From: an uncultured Ruminococcus sp.
GTDB lineage: Bacteria > Bacillota > Clostridia > Oscillospirales > CAG-382
Length of the DNA stretch: 27,822 nt
Reading direction: 5' to 3'
Assembly: GCA_902783535.1 (NCBI GenBank)
Contig: CACZRJ010000052.1
Span: 1-27,822, forward strand
Shown: in pieces, positions 11,531 through 21,591 of the stretch
How the letters are laid out: each line of letters starts with the position of its first letter
Numbering within the stretch: position 1 is the first letter of the stretch
The notes under the pieces: model-generated
Told to the model about the DNA's origin: nothing
Seen by the model: only the letters and a program-made list of their open reading frames with translations
The model's database searches: none
Program-made: the position numbers and the translations under genes

Positions 11531-11559
11531 ATTATATACTATTATAAATGCAAATGCAA
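11531..11559 (-). promoter_or_regulatory. Sigma-A promoter for cmk-ispH/rpsA
   Basis: Minus strand TTGCAT-17 nt-TATAAT in an AT-rich tract immediately upstream of the cmk SD. Confidence 0.75.
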
Positions 11560-11613
11560 GCGGTTTTTAAAAAAATGTTCGTCAAATGTGGCCTTCGACA
11601 GCCTGAAAAATGT

Positions 11614-11650
11614 AAAAAACAAGCCGCGACCGGGTTGCCCCGGAAGCGGC
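11614..11650 (-). terminator. Probable intrinsic terminator after the oxidoreductase gene
   Basis: Minus strand GCCGC-TT-CCGGG/CCCGG-TC-GCGGC interrupted stem followed by TTGTTTTTT. Confidence 0.7.
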
Positions 11651-11679
11651 GGGAGTTCAGCGGGATGCCGGTTGCCGGA

Positions 11680-12726
11680 TCATGCGTCGGGAAAGGTCTC
11701 GAGAGGGGAAAGGACCCGTCCGGTGTCGATGGCCATCTGCGCTGTCTGAACGACGCGGAGAGCCGAATAAACTTCATCAATGGAGATGACGCCCGGGCCG
11801 TCTGTCTCGATCATTTCGATCAGATTCAGCGCCTGTCCGTACATGTCCTTGTAGATCGATTTGACTTCAATCCGCCGGACGTTTCCGTCTCCGTCATAAA
11901 CGCAGATCAGGTCCTTGTCCTTTTTCCCGACCGGACGGTTTGCGGCCATTGTCAGGGTGATGTGACCGTCTGTTCCGATGAAATCTTTCGCATTGCCGGA
12001 CAAGATGTTCTTGCTCCATCCGACCTCATAACATGCAGAGCATCCGTTTTGGAGGCGCATGCACATCAGCTGATAATTGTCGACCGGAGCGTCCTCGTCA
12101 AGCTTCGCGGAGATTCCCTTGACTTCAACGACGGGGCAGCCGGTCAGCCATTGCGCCAGATCGGCGTAATGAACGCCGCAGTCGACCAGCGGCGTGCAGT
12201 CTTCCATCAGCTTCTTGAAGCGCTCCCATGGATGATCGCCGCCGGCCTGATGATTCTGCTGCATCCGGATCATCCGAAGCTCTCCGATGCATCCTTCACT
12301 GATCAGCTTTCTGATCATCCGGTAGGATTCGTTGTACCTGAGAACGTAGGAGACGGTGACTTTGCATTTGGATGATTTGACCATTTTGACGAAAGCGGAG
12401 GCATCCTCCATGTTTGCCGCGATCGGTTTTTCGCAGATCACATGCTTGCCGTGCTCGAGACAGTCTTTCGTGATCTCGAAATGTGTCCCGGTATATGTCG
12501 CAACGATGACGATGTCGATCCGTTCGTCGTTCAGAAAAGCCCTGTAGTCCGTCCCGAAAGCAAGGGCGCGGAACCGTTTGGCGAACGATTCTGCCAGGCC
12601 GGGATCGGTATCGACGACAGCCACGATCGAAAATTCTTTTTTTCCTGAGATCTCACGGATGTGCTGCTCGCCGATGTATCCGCAGCCGACCAGCATGACG
12701 CCGTATTTTTTTTCAGAATGATTCAC
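11680..12726 (-). CDS. Gfo/Idh/MocA family NAD(P)-dependent oxidoreductase, probably acting on a sugar or polyol
   Basis: Rossmann VGCGYIG, HVICEKPIA, catalytic-region DCGVHYAD. GTG at 12726 follows AGGAGA at 9 nt; the ORF track uses ATG at 12747. Confidence 0.9.
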   Translation of the reverse strand: MNHSEKKYGVMLVGCGYIGEQHIREISGKKEFSIVAVVDTDPGLAESFAKRFRALAFGTDYRAFLNDERIDIVIVATYTGTHFEITKDCLEHGKHVICEKPIAANMEDASAFVKMVKSSKCKVTVSYVLRYNESYRMIRKLISEGCIGELRMIRMQQNHQAGGDHPWERFKKLMEDCTPLVDCGVHYADLAQWLTGCPVVEVKGISAKLDEDAPVDNYQLMCMRLQNGCSACYEVGWSKNILSGNAKDFIGTDGHITLTMAANRPVGKKDKDLICVYDGDGNVRRIEVKSIYKDMYGQALNLIEMIETDGPGVISIDEVYSALRVVQTAQMAIDTGRVLSPLETFPDA

Positions 12727-12788
12727 GGCAGAATGTCTCCTGAGCATTCATGAGGCTGACGCCCTGTTTTTTGTTGGACCGACCGGGT

Positions 12789-13364
12789 TTATTTCCTGCA
12801 GTCGGAGAAGATAAGGACGACAAAGTCGGAGAGCTGCGCGGTCAAAGAGGACAGGTCGGGGGTTTCCGCTTTGTATATCCAATTCATATATACAGAAACT
12901 GCGCCGGAGATGACAAAAACGATTCGGTTTCTCAGATCTGCAGCAGTGCACGAGTGCGTGCTTTCAAGAGCGCTCTCAAGGTTGCCGACCAGCTGATCCT
13001 GAAGCAAATAGAGATACTTCGGCATGACGTTCTTGGAGAACAGCGCCTGGAAAACGTCCGGATAGCGCTCGATCAGCTCCTGCAGGTTGGTGAACAGCGC
13101 GCGGGCGGAGACGCCCGTTTCGTCGTTCAGAGATTTCTGAAGCGTTTCTCGGAGATTTGAGACCAGAAGCTGCATGAATTCTTCCTCAACGGCGCCGATC
13201 GACTTGTAATGGAGATAAAACGTCTTGCGGTTCACGTCCGCCGCGTTTGTCAGAGCGGTGACGGAGATCGCCTCCGTGCTCGTGGTCTTCTGCAGTTTCA
13301 GCAGAGCGCAGATAATGGAACGCTTGGTTTTCAATATTCGTCTGTCGATTTTTGTCCTTGCCAT
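12789..13364 (-). CDS. TetR/AcrR family transcriptional regulator
   Basis: N-terminal DRRILKTKRSI and HTH ISVTALTNAADVNRKTFYLHY. SD GAAGGGG upstream. Confidence 0.92.
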   Translation of the reverse strand: MARTKIDRRILKTKRSIICALLKLQKTTSTEAISVTALTNAADVNRKTFYLHYKSIGAVEEEFMQLLVSNLRETLQKSLNDETGVSARALFTNLQELIERYPDVFQALFSKNVMPKYLYLLQDQLVGNLESALESTHSCTAADLRNRIVFVISGAVSVYMNWIYKAETPDLSSLTAQLSDFVVLIFSDCRK

Positions 13365-13469
13365 TTTATGCCCCTTCCTTGTGCTTTAAACGCAAACGGT
13401 CCATGCGATCCGGCCGCCTCGTCGGGGCAGGAACGATGGTATCGAATTGCAGTTTAAGCAGTCTAAGTA

Positions 13470-13478
13470 ATAATACCA
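13470..13478 (-). promoter_or_regulatory. Possible extended -10 promoter for tetR
   Basis: Minus strand TG-G-TATTAT in an AT-rich tract. No good -35 at 17 nt. Confidence 0.35.
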
Positions 13479-13711
13479 CAAAATACGGTTTTATGGTTCA
13501 CAAAAACGCAAAAAAATTCAAGCCGGTTTCTGTGCATTTTCAATAAACCGGAGGGCGCGGCCTTCTTACTCGGCGGGCTTTGCGGTTTTGACTTTACGGG
13601 CCGGGTTTGATTCCAGGCCTTTCTGAAAGCGGATTCTTCGGCAAGTCCCGCCGCGTGGTTTTCCTCCGGAATTGGCGCACGAAGAAAAAATCGAAAAATT
13701 TAAAAAAACAC

Positions 13712-13740
13712 TTGACAGGGTTTACAAAGTGTGCTAACAT
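13712..13740 (+). promoter_or_regulatory. Sigma-A promoter for rpoBC
   Basis: TTGACA-17 nt-TAACAT with a TGn extended -10 and an A-rich UP-like tract at 13682-13710. Implies a ~150-nt 5' UTR. Confidence 0.75.
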
Positions 13741-13898
13741 AGCATACTGTGCCAAAATACGAAAGTATGCCATTTTGATAATGGGGATGAATTCCGATTT
13801 GGCCGAAAAAACCGCGTTTCCGGCCCGCACAAGATGTGGTGGCGCGACCGGAATCACGGCTAAATATTGCGAAATTTTAATGGAGTGGAGAGTCAGAC

Positions 13899-16800
13899 AT
13901 GGTACATGAAGTGATGCTCGGCAAAACAAAACGTCTCTCGTTTTCGAAGATCGATGAAGTGGCAGAAATGCCGAATCTGATCGAGGTCCAGAAAAAGTCG
14001 TTCGACGAATTTGTGAATAAGGAGATCGGGGAAGTCCTCAAAGATATCTCTCCGATGACCGATTATTCAGGGAACCTCGTGATCGAGTTCATCGACTACA
14101 AACTGAACGAGACGCCGAAGTACACCATCGAAGAATGCAAGGAGCGGGATCTGAACTACGCTTCTCCTTTCCGCGTGACTGTCCGTCTGACCAACAGGGC
14201 CACCGGAGAAGTCAAGGAGCAGGAGATCTACATGGGCGATTTCCCGATCATGACCGATTCCGGTACGTTCGTCATCAACGGCGCCGAGCGTGTTGTCGTC
14301 TCGCAGATCGTCCGTTCTCCCGGCATCTATTACGATGAGGTCCAGGACAAGTCCGGAAACAGGATGTACAGCTCCACTGTGATCCCTTATCGCGGAGCCT
14401 GGCTCGAATACGAAACGGATACGTCCAATGTTTTCTACGTCCGCATCGACAAGAACCGCAAAATGCCCGTGACGATCCTTCTTCGCGCATTCGACCTCGG
14501 AACCAATGCGGCGATTCTTGAAAAGTTCGGAGACGAGCCGATTCTTGCCGCGACGCTTGAAAAGGACACGATCCCGGCGGAGGTCGAGCGTCTTGCGCTC
14601 GAAGGCGAGACGGCCGACCCGACAGAGGAAGCGCTGAAGGAGATCTACAAGAAACTCCGTCCGGGCGAGCCTCCGATTATCGAGTCTGCGAAAACGCTGA
14701 TCCACAACATGTTCTTTGATCCGAAGCGTTACGACATTTCTCCGGTCGGCAGATATAAATTCAATAAGAAGCTTTCCATCGCGCACCGCATCGCCGGGCA
14801 CACGCTTGCGAACGACATCTACAACCCGTTTACCGGGGAACTGCTTTTCGAAGCGGGAAGAAAGCTGAGCCGCAAGGAAGCGGAAACGGCTGTCCGTGCC
14901 GGCGTCTGCGAAGCGGATGTTTTCGTGGAAACCGAGGAAGACGAGGAAGTGATCAGGACCAGAGTTAGGGTTTTCTCGAACTACATGGTCGACGCTTCCG
15001 AGGTGACGGGCATCCCGAACGAAGAACTCGGTCTCGACGAAATGGTCTCCATGAATGCTTTGAAGGCGCTCATCGAGGAAGTCGGTCTGCAGGACAGGGA
15101 AGCTCTGAAGCAGGAGATCCTCCGCAGGCGTACCGAACTGGTTCCGAATACAATTACAAAGGAAGACATTCTCGCTTCCGTCAACTATCTGCTCTGCCTG
15201 TCCCATAATGTCGGACATATTGACGACATCGATCATCTGGGCAACAGACGGATCCGCGCGGTCGGCGAACTTCTTCTGAATCAGCTCCGGATCGGTTTTT
15301 CCCGTATGGATAAGATCGTGAAGGAAAAAATGACCACGCAGGATGTGGATACCATTACCCCTCAGTCGCTGGTCAATATCAGGCCGATCGTTTCCGCGAT
15401 CCGGGACTTCTTCGGCTCCAGCCCGCTGTCGCAGTTCATGGACCAGTCCAACCCGCTTGCGGAACTGACGCACAAGCGCAGGATCTCCGCCCTCGGTCCC
15501 GGCGGTCTGTCCCGCGACCGCGCATCCTTCGAAGTCCGCGACGTGCATTACACGCATTACGGACGCATGTGCCCGATCGAAACGCCTGAAGGGCCGAACA
15601 TCGGTCTGATCTCTTCGCTCGCGTGCTATGCAAAGGTGAACCGTTTCGGATTTATCGAAACGCCTTACCGCGTCGTCAGGAACGGCGTCGCCACAAAAGA
15701 AGTCGTTTATCTCTCGGCGGATATGGAAGACGAGTATGTCGTCGCGACCGCGAACGAACCGCTTGACGAAAACGGACATTTCGCCAACCGTAAAGTCGTC
15801 GCACGTCATCTGGACGAGATCGGCGAGTTCGAAGCCGATCGCATCGATCTGATGGACGTGTCTCCCAAGATGGTCGTTTCCGTTGCCACCGCAATGATTC
15901 CGTTCCTCGAGAACGACGACAACACCCGCGCTCTGATGGGATCGAACATGCAGAAGCAGGCCGTTCCGCTCATGACGTGCGAAGCGCCGATCGTTGCGAC
16001 AGGCATGGAGTACAGAGCCGCATACGACTCCGGCGTCCTGGTCATCTGCAAAAATGACGGATACGCGGAAAGCGTAACGTCGGACGAAGTCGTCATCCAC
16101 ACGGACGACGGAAAAACGGACGTATACAAACTGATCAAATTCAAACGCTCCAACGCCGGAACCTGCGTCAACCAGAGGCCGGTCGTGAGCAAAGGCGACC
16201 GCGTGCTCGCGGGAGACGTCATTGCGGACGGACCTGCGACGGCGAACGGCGAAGTTGCGCTCGGGAAAAATGCCCTGATCGGCTTCATGACCTGGGAAGG
16301 GTACAACTACGAGGACGCTGTTCTTTTGAACGAGCGCCTCGTCCGCGACGATGTGTACACTTCCATTCATATTGAAGAGTACTACTGCGAATCCCGCGAT
16401 ACGAAGCTCGGGCCGGAAGAGATCACCCGCCAGCTGACCAACGTGTCGGACGATACGGTCAAAGACCTCGACGCGGACGGCATTATCCGGATCGGCGCGG
16501 AAGTTCATTCCGGAGACATTCTGGTCGGTAAAGTCACGCCGAAGGGCGAAACGGAGCTGACCGCGGAAGAACGTCTGCTGCGCGCCATCTTCGGTGAAAA
16601 AGCGCGTGAAGTCAGAGACACTTCCCTGAAACTCCCGCACGGCGAATCCGGCGTTGTTGTCGACGTGAAGGTCTTCTCCAGAGACGACTGCGACGTCCTG
16701 GCGCCCGGCGTCATCAAGTGCGTGCGCGTTTACGTTGCGCAGAAGCGTAAGATCTCCGTCGGAGACAAAATGGCCGGCCGCCACGGCAACAAGGGCGTTA

Positions 16801-17678
16801 TCTCCAGGATTCTTCCCTCGGAAGACATGCCTTTCCTGCCGGACGGCACGCCGCTCGACATCGTTTTGAACCCGCTGGGCGTTCCTTCCCGAATGAACAT
16901 CGGACAGGTCCTTGAAGTCCACCTTGGAATGGCTGCGAAAAAGAAGGGCGTCAAGGTCATGACACCCGTTTTCGACGGAGCAAACGAAAAGGACATCCAG
17001 GAATGGCTCCGCGAAGCCGGATGCAGCGAAACCGGAAAGACCATCCTTTATGACGGCCGGACCGGGCAGCCGTTCGATAACCCCGTTACGGTCGGAATCA
17101 TGTACTTCCTGAAACTGCACCACCTCGTCGACGACAAGATCCACGCGAGGTCCACCGGCCCGTACTCTCTCGTGACGCAGCAGCCTCTTGGAGGCAAAGC
17201 GCAGTTCGGAGGACAGCGTTTCGGTGAAATGGAAGTCTGGGCTCTGGAGGCCTATGGAGCGGCATATACGCTTCAGGAGATCCTCACGGTGAAGTCGGAC
17301 GACGTCAAGGGACGCGTCAAGGCATATGAAGCCATCGTCAAAGGCCAGAATATCCCGACTCCCGGCGTCCCGGCGTCGTTCAAGGTCCTTGTGAAGGAAC
17401 TGCAGTCTCTCGGACTGAACGTCTGCGTCCGCGACAAGTCCGGGAATGAGATCCCGATGAAGGATTACGACGACGACGGTCTGGACGAACGCGTCACCAC
17501 GGATGCCGATATCGGCGAGTCCGTACTCGATACGCAGTCCGGCATGGTCGAGGAAACGGAAGACAGCGTTCACGCCGGCCTTTCCGCAAACGAGATCGGC
17601 GACTTGAACGAAGAGTCCGACGATACCGAAGAAGAATATTACTACGATCCCAATGAAAACAACGAATCGGATGAATAA
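13899..17678 (+). CDS. rpoB: DNA-directed RNA polymerase beta subunit
   Basis: [13 protein letters not shown], Rif region [68 protein letters not shown], acidic C-terminal tail. Confidence 0.99.
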   Translation: MVHEVMLGKTKRLSFSKIDEVAEMPNLIEVQKKSFDEFVNKEIGEVLKDISPMTDYSGNLVIEFIDYKLNETPKYTIEECKERDLNYASPFRVTVRLTNRATGEVKEQEIYMGDFPIMTDSGTFVINGAERVVVSQIVRSPGIYYDEVQDKSGNRMYSSTVIPYRGAWLEYETDTSNVFYVRIDKNRKMPVTILLRAFDLGTNAAILEKFGDEPILAATLEKDTIPAEVERLALEGETADPTEEALKEIYKKLRPGEPPIIESAKTLIHNMFFDPKRYDISPVGRYKFNKKLSIAHRIAGHTLANDIYNPFTGELLFEAGRKLSRKEAETAVRAGVCEADVFVETEEDEEVIRTRVRVFSNYMVDASEVTGIPNEELGLDEMVSMNALKALIEEVGLQDREALKQEILRRRTELVPNTITKEDILASVNYLLCLSHNVGHIDDIDHLGNRRIRAVGELLLNQLRIGFSRMDKIVKEKMTTQDVDTITPQSLVNIRPIVSAIRDFFGSSPLSQFMDQSNPLAELTHKRRISALGPGGLSRDRASFEVRDVHYTHYGRMCPIETPEGPNIGLISSLACYAKVNRFGFIETPYRVVRNGVATKEVVYLSADMEDEYVVATANEPLDENGHFANRKVVARHLDEIGEFEADRIDLMDVSPKMVVSVATAMIPFLENDDNTRALMGSNMQKQAVPLMTCEAPIVATGMEYRAAYDSGVLVICKNDGYAESVTSDEVVIHTDDGKTDVYKLIKFKRSNAGTCVNQRPVVSKGDRVLAGDVIADGPATANGEVALGKNALIGFMTWEGYNYEDAVLLNERLVRDDVYTSIHIEEYYCESRDTKLGPEEITRQLTNVSDDTVKDLDADGIIRIGAEVHSGDILVGKVTPKGETELTAEERLLRAIFGEKAREVRDTSLKLPHGESGVVVDVKVFSRDDCDVLAPGVIKCVRVYVAQKRKISVGDKMAGRHGNKGVISRILPSEDMPFLPDGTPLDIVLNPLGVPSRMNIGQVLEVHLGMAAKKKGVKVMTPVFDGANEKDIQEWLREAGCSETGKTILYDGRTGQPFDNPVTVGIMYFLKLHHLVDDKIHARSTGPYSLVTQQPLGGKAQFGGQRFGEMEVWALEAYGAAYTLQEILTVKSDDVKGRVKAYEAIVKGQNIPTPGVPASFKVLVKELQSLGLNVCVRDKSGNEIPMKDYDDDGLDERVTTDADIGESVLDTQSGMVEETEDSVHAGLSANEIGDLNEESDDTEEEYYYDPNENNESDE

Positions 17679-17697
17679 TCAGGGAGGAGATTGAAGT

Positions 17698-20600
17698 ATG
17701 GAAAACGCAAACATGGAGTTTGAATCGATTCAGATCGGTCTTGCTTCCCCTGAAATGATAAGGAAATGGTCTTACGGAGAGGTCAAGAAACCCGAGACCA
17801 TCAACTACCGCACATTGAAACCGGAACGCGACGGTTTGTTCTGCGAAAGGATCTTTGGCCCGACCAAGGACTGGGAATGCCATTGCGGAAAATACAAAAA
17901 GGGCGTCCGGTACAAGGGAAAGAAATGCGAGAAATGCGGCGTTGAGATCACAACGAACAAAGTGCGCCGCGAACGGATGGGACATGTCGAGCTCGCCGCT
18001 CCCGTCTCTCACATCTGGTATTTCCGCACGATCCCGTCAAGGATGAGCATCCTGCTCGGGATCTCCCCCAAAATGCTTGAAAAAGTTCTCTATTTCGGTC
18101 AATATATCGTGACCGATCCGGGAGACACGCCTCTCGAAAAGAAACAGTTTTTGGACGAAGACAGCTACCGCATCTACCGCGAGCGCTACGAAGACGACTT
18201 CGACGCCGGCATGGGCGCGGAAGCGATCGAGAAGCTTCTGAAAGAAATCGATCTGGATGAAGAGGCCGAAAACCTGAAGAGAGAAATCCAGACTGCCACC
18301 GGGCAGAAAAAACAGCGTGCGATCAAGACGCTGGAAGTCGTCGAGGCATTCAGAACATCCGGAAACCGTCCGGAATGGATGATCCTCCGGGCGCTTCCGG
18401 TCATTCCGCCGGAGCTTCGTCCGATGGTCCAGCTGGACGGCGGCCGTTTCGCGACCTCGGATCTGAACGATCTGTACCGCCGCGTCATCAACCGCAACAA
18501 CCGTCTGCTGAAACTGCAGGAACTGCAGGCACCCGATATCATCATCCGTAACGAGAAGCGTATGCTTCAGGAAGCCGTAGACGCTCTGATCGACAACGGC
18601 CGCCGCGGAAGACCCGTGACCGGACCCAGCAACCGTCCTCTGAAATCTCTTTCCGAGATGCTGCGCGGCAAACAGGGCCGCTTCCGTCAGAACCTGCTCG
18701 GGAAGCGCGTCGACTATTCCGGACGTTCCGTTATCGTCGTAGGGCCTGAGCTCAAGATCTATCAGTGCGGCCTGCCGAAGGAGATGGCGCTCGAGCTGTT
18801 CAAGCCGTTCGTCATGAAGCACCTGACCGAGACCGGAAAGGCGCAGAACATCCGCGAGGCGAAGAAACGCGTGGAGCGCGCCAACGCGGAAGTCTGGGAC
18901 TCTCTCGACGTCGTCATCAAGGAGCATCCCGTTCTGCTGAACCGTGCGCCGACCCTTCACAGACTTTCCATTCAGGCGTTCGAACCCGTTCTGGTGGAAG
19001 GACGCGCGATCAAGCTGCATCCGCTCGTCTGCACACCGTTCAACGCGGACTTTGACGGCGACCAGATGCCTGTTCACGTTCCGCTGTCCGCAGAGGCACA
19101 GGCCGAGGCGAGATTCCTGATGCTCTCCTCCAACAACCTCCTGAAGCCGGCAAGCGGACACGCCGTCAACGTACCTTCTCAGGACATGGTCCTCGGATCT
19201 TACTATCTGACCATGGACAAGGCCGGCGAACCCGGCGAAGGCAAGTGGTTCAAGGACTTTGACGAAGCGGTGATGGCCTACGAGAACGGAGATCTCGGGC
19301 TACATGCGCAGATCCATGTCCGCGTGACCAAGGAAATCGACGGCAAAATGATGACCGGGATCGCTCACACGACGCTCGGACGTCTGATCTTCAACCGGCC
19401 GATCCCTCAGGATCTCGGCATCGTCGACCGTTCCGACCCCGCCAACTGGTTCAAGCCGGAGATCGATACGGTCTGCGTCAGCAAGACGCTGAAGAAGATC
19501 CTCGACCTGACCATCCGTAAGCACGGAAACGTCAGAACATGCGAGGTCCTCGACCAGATCAAGGCGCAGGGATACAAGTATTCCACGAAGGCTTCGCTTT
19601 CCATTTCGGTTTATGATATGACCATTCCGGAAAAGAAAGCCGAACTCATCGCGGCAGCCGAAAAAGAAGTGGACCAGATCACCGAGTACTATCTCGAAGG
19701 CACGATGACCGACGAAGACCGTTCCAAGGCCGTCTGCGACATCTGGAACAAGTGCACCGATGACGTCGGAGCCGAACTTCAGAAGTCTCTTGACAAATAC
19801 AACCCGATCAATATGATGGCGGTTTCCGGCGCGCGAGGCAGCGACAAGCAGATGCGTCAGCTGTCAGGTATGCGCGGACTGATGGCTTCCGCTTCCGGTA
19901 AGACCATCGAAATGCCGATCAAAGCCAACTTCCGCGAAGGCATGAAGGTTCTCGAATACTTCACTGCTGCGAGAGGCGCCCGTAAAGGACTTTCCGATAC
20001 GGCTCTCCGTACCGCGGACTCCGGCTATCTGACCAGACGTCTTGTCGACGTCTCCCAGGAAGTCATCGTTCGCGAAAGCGACTGCGGAGACAACCGCGGT
20101 CTCTGGCTGTCCGAGATCTCTGTCTCGACAGGCGGAAACGATAATAAGAAACAAATCATCGAGACGCTCGGGCAGCGTCTGCCGGGCAGATACGCCATCG
20201 GCGACGTTAAGGACAAGGACGGAAACGTCATCGTCCGCGACAATACGATGATCACCGACGAAGACGCAGAGAAGATCGTCGCCAGCGGAATCGAACGCGT
20301 ACACGTTCGCTCCGTCATCAACTGCCGTTCGAAATACGGCGTCTGCGCGCACTGCTACGGCTCCGACATGTCTTCCGGAAAACCGGTGTCGATCGGCGAA
20401 GCCGTCGGCATCATCGCCGCACAGTCCATCGGCGAACCCGGCACACAGCTGACCATGCGTACATTCCACAGCGGCGGCGTCGCCGGCGGAGACATCACAC
20501 AGGGTCTGCCCCGCGTCGAAGAAATCTTCGAAGCCAGGCGTCCGAAGAAATCCGCGATTCTCGCGAAGATCTCCGGAACCGTCAGCATCAAGGAGGAAAA

Positions 20601-21276
20601 GAAGGCCAAGCAGGTCACCATCGTCAACGACGAAGGCGAAGCTTCCAGCGTGTCCGTTCCTCTGCTCGTCAAAATCGCGGTCCACGACGGCGATCATGTC
20701 GAAAAGTGCCAGAAACTCACCGAGGGCACCGAAGCCCCGCAGGACATTCTGGAAATCAGCGGAATGGATGCGGTCTACGACTATATCATCCGCGAAGTCC
20801 AGAGCGTTTACGTCTCCCAGGGCGTTGAGCTTGCCGACAAGCACATTGAGATCATCGCAAGGCAGATGACGCAGAAGATCCGCGTGGATTCCTGCGGGAA
20901 CACCGGATTGCTCGTCGGCGCCGCCGTGAATATCAATGAATTCAACGATGCGAACGAAAAGATTGCCGCCGAAAACAAGAACAGCGACAATCCCGTTGCT
21001 CTGATTCCTGCAGAAGGAACGCCGATGCTGCTCGGTATCACCAAAGCCGCGCTGTCCACGGAGTCCTTCCTGTCCGCCGCATCTTTCCAGGAAACGACGA
21101 AGGTCCTCGCCGACGCCGCCATCAAAGGAAAGCGCGATCCGCTGCTCGGTCTGAAGGAGAACGTGATCATCGGTAAGCTGATCCCCGCCGGGACCGGCAT
21201 GCAGATGTACCGCGACACGCAGGTGGATATGGACGAGCATTTCGGGGAAGGCACGTACGCCGCGGAAGAACAGTAA
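17698..21276 (+). CDS. rpoC: DNA-directed RNA polymerase beta' subunit
   Basis: Zn finger CHCGKYK..CEKC, catalytic NADFDGD, bridge helix [26 protein letters not shown], trigger loop [23 protein letters not shown]. Confidence 0.99.
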   Translation: MENANMEFESIQIGLASPEMIRKWSYGEVKKPETINYRTLKPERDGLFCERIFGPTKDWECHCGKYKKGVRYKGKKCEKCGVEITTNKVRRERMGHVELAAPVSHIWYFRTIPSRMSILLGISPKMLEKVLYFGQYIVTDPGDTPLEKKQFLDEDSYRIYRERYEDDFDAGMGAEAIEKLLKEIDLDEEAENLKREIQTATGQKKQRAIKTLEVVEAFRTSGNRPEWMILRALPVIPPELRPMVQLDGGRFATSDLNDLYRRVINRNNRLLKLQELQAPDIIIRNEKRMLQEAVDALIDNGRRGRPVTGPSNRPLKSLSEMLRGKQGRFRQNLLGKRVDYSGRSVIVVGPELKIYQCGLPKEMALELFKPFVMKHLTETGKAQNIREAKKRVERANAEVWDSLDVVIKEHPVLLNRAPTLHRLSIQAFEPVLVEGRAIKLHPLVCTPFNADFDGDQMPVHVPLSAEAQAEARFLMLSSNNLLKPASGHAVNVPSQDMVLGSYYLTMDKAGEPGEGKWFKDFDEAVMAYENGDLGLHAQIHVRVTKEIDGKMMTGIAHTTLGRLIFNRPIPQDLGIVDRSDPANWFKPEIDTVCVSKTLKKILDLTIRKHGNVRTCEVLDQIKAQGYKYSTKASLSISVYDMTIPEKKAELIAAAEKEVDQITEYYLEGTMTDEDRSKAVCDIWNKCTDDVGAELQKSLDKYNPINMMAVSGARGSDKQMRQLSGMRGLMASASGKTIEMPIKANFREGMKVLEYFTAARGARKGLSDTALRTADSGYLTRRLVDVSQEVIVRESDCGDNRGLWLSEISVSTGGNDNKKQIIETLGQRLPGRYAIGDVKDKDGNVIVRDNTMITDEDAEKIVASGIERVHVRSVINCRSKYGVCAHCYGSDMSSGKPVSIGEAVGIIAAQSIGEPGTQLTMRTFHSGGVAGGDITQGLPRVEEIFEARRPKKSAILAKISGTVSIKEEKKAKQVTIVNDEGEASSVSVPLLVKIAVHDGDHVEKCQKLTEGTEAPQDILEISGMDAVYDYIIREVQSVYVSQGVELADKHIEIIARQMTQKIRVDSCGNTGLLVGAAVNINEFNDANEKIAAENKNSDNPVALIPAEGTPMLLGITKAALSTESFLSAASFQETTKVLADAAIKGKRDPLLGLKENVIIGKLIPAGTGMQMYRDTQVDMDEHFGEGTYAAEEQ

Positions 21277-21282
21277 AACCGA

Positions 21283-21531
21283 ATGGACGAACCGCGAACC
21301 GTGGAGGCCGGCCGCAACCGGTCTCTGAAACTGATCCGAAGAGGAGAAGTCTGCCGCGTCTGGATCGCATCCGACGCGGACGGGGCTTTTTCCGAAGAAC
21401 TGACGGCTGCCGCAATCCGGGCCGGTCTTGTTCCCGACAGGAGCAAAACAGGAAGGCAGCTTGCGGACATGTGCGGCGTGGAAGTATTCACTGCCGCCGC
21501 CGTCGAAAGAAAATCGATTACAGGCTCTTGA
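21283..21531 (+). CDS. L7Ae/L30e-family K-turn RNA-binding protein (YbxF/RulS-like), divergent
   Basis: 82 aa; GRNRSLKLIRRGEVCRVWIASDAD and RQLADMCGVEVFTAAA align with the YbxF pattern G...KALKRG...VVAKDAD...LGKACGIEVGAAA. Occupies the conserved position between rpoC and rpsL. Weak SD. Confidence 0.78.
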   Translation: MDEPRTVEAGRNRSLKLIRRGEVCRVWIASDADGAFSEELTAAAIRAGLVPDRSKTGRQLADMCGVEVFTAAAVERKSITGS

Positions 21532-21556
21532 CAAAGGGTCGAGAGCTTAGTATAAT
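21528..21556 (+). promoter_or_regulatory. Consensus sigma-A promoter for the str operon
   Basis: Perfect TTGACA-17 nt-TATAAT. The -35 overlaps the ybxF TGA. Confidence 0.9.
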
Positions 21557-21591
21557 GGCGTGTTGCCAATTTTCAGGAAAGGAGGATAATT

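Noticed and set aside
2898-12726. Gfo/Idh/MocA enzyme + TIM-barrel protein + glycosidase-like gene as an oxidation-elimination glycoside-cleavage pathway
   Set aside because: The genes are in different transcription units about 8 kb apart, separated by terminators. The TIM-barrel protein has endonuclease IV metal motifs rather than sugar isomerase/lyase motifs.
15415-15620. RpoB Rif cluster I/II differences from E. coli (e.g. Ala at S522)
   Set aside because: Matches the normal Firmicutes pattern ([10 protein letters not shown]); D516, H526, S531 and I572 equivalents are intact.
14067-17573. 1168-aa minus-strand ORF, plus similar long antisense ORFs at 18037-19161, 19864-21534, 22656-25061, 24910-26391 and 8938-9870
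   Set aside because: They mirror rpoB, rpoC, fusA, tuf and rpsA codon for codon. Stop-free antisense frames are expected opposite strongly codon-biased GC-rich genes, and the translations have no recognisable domains.
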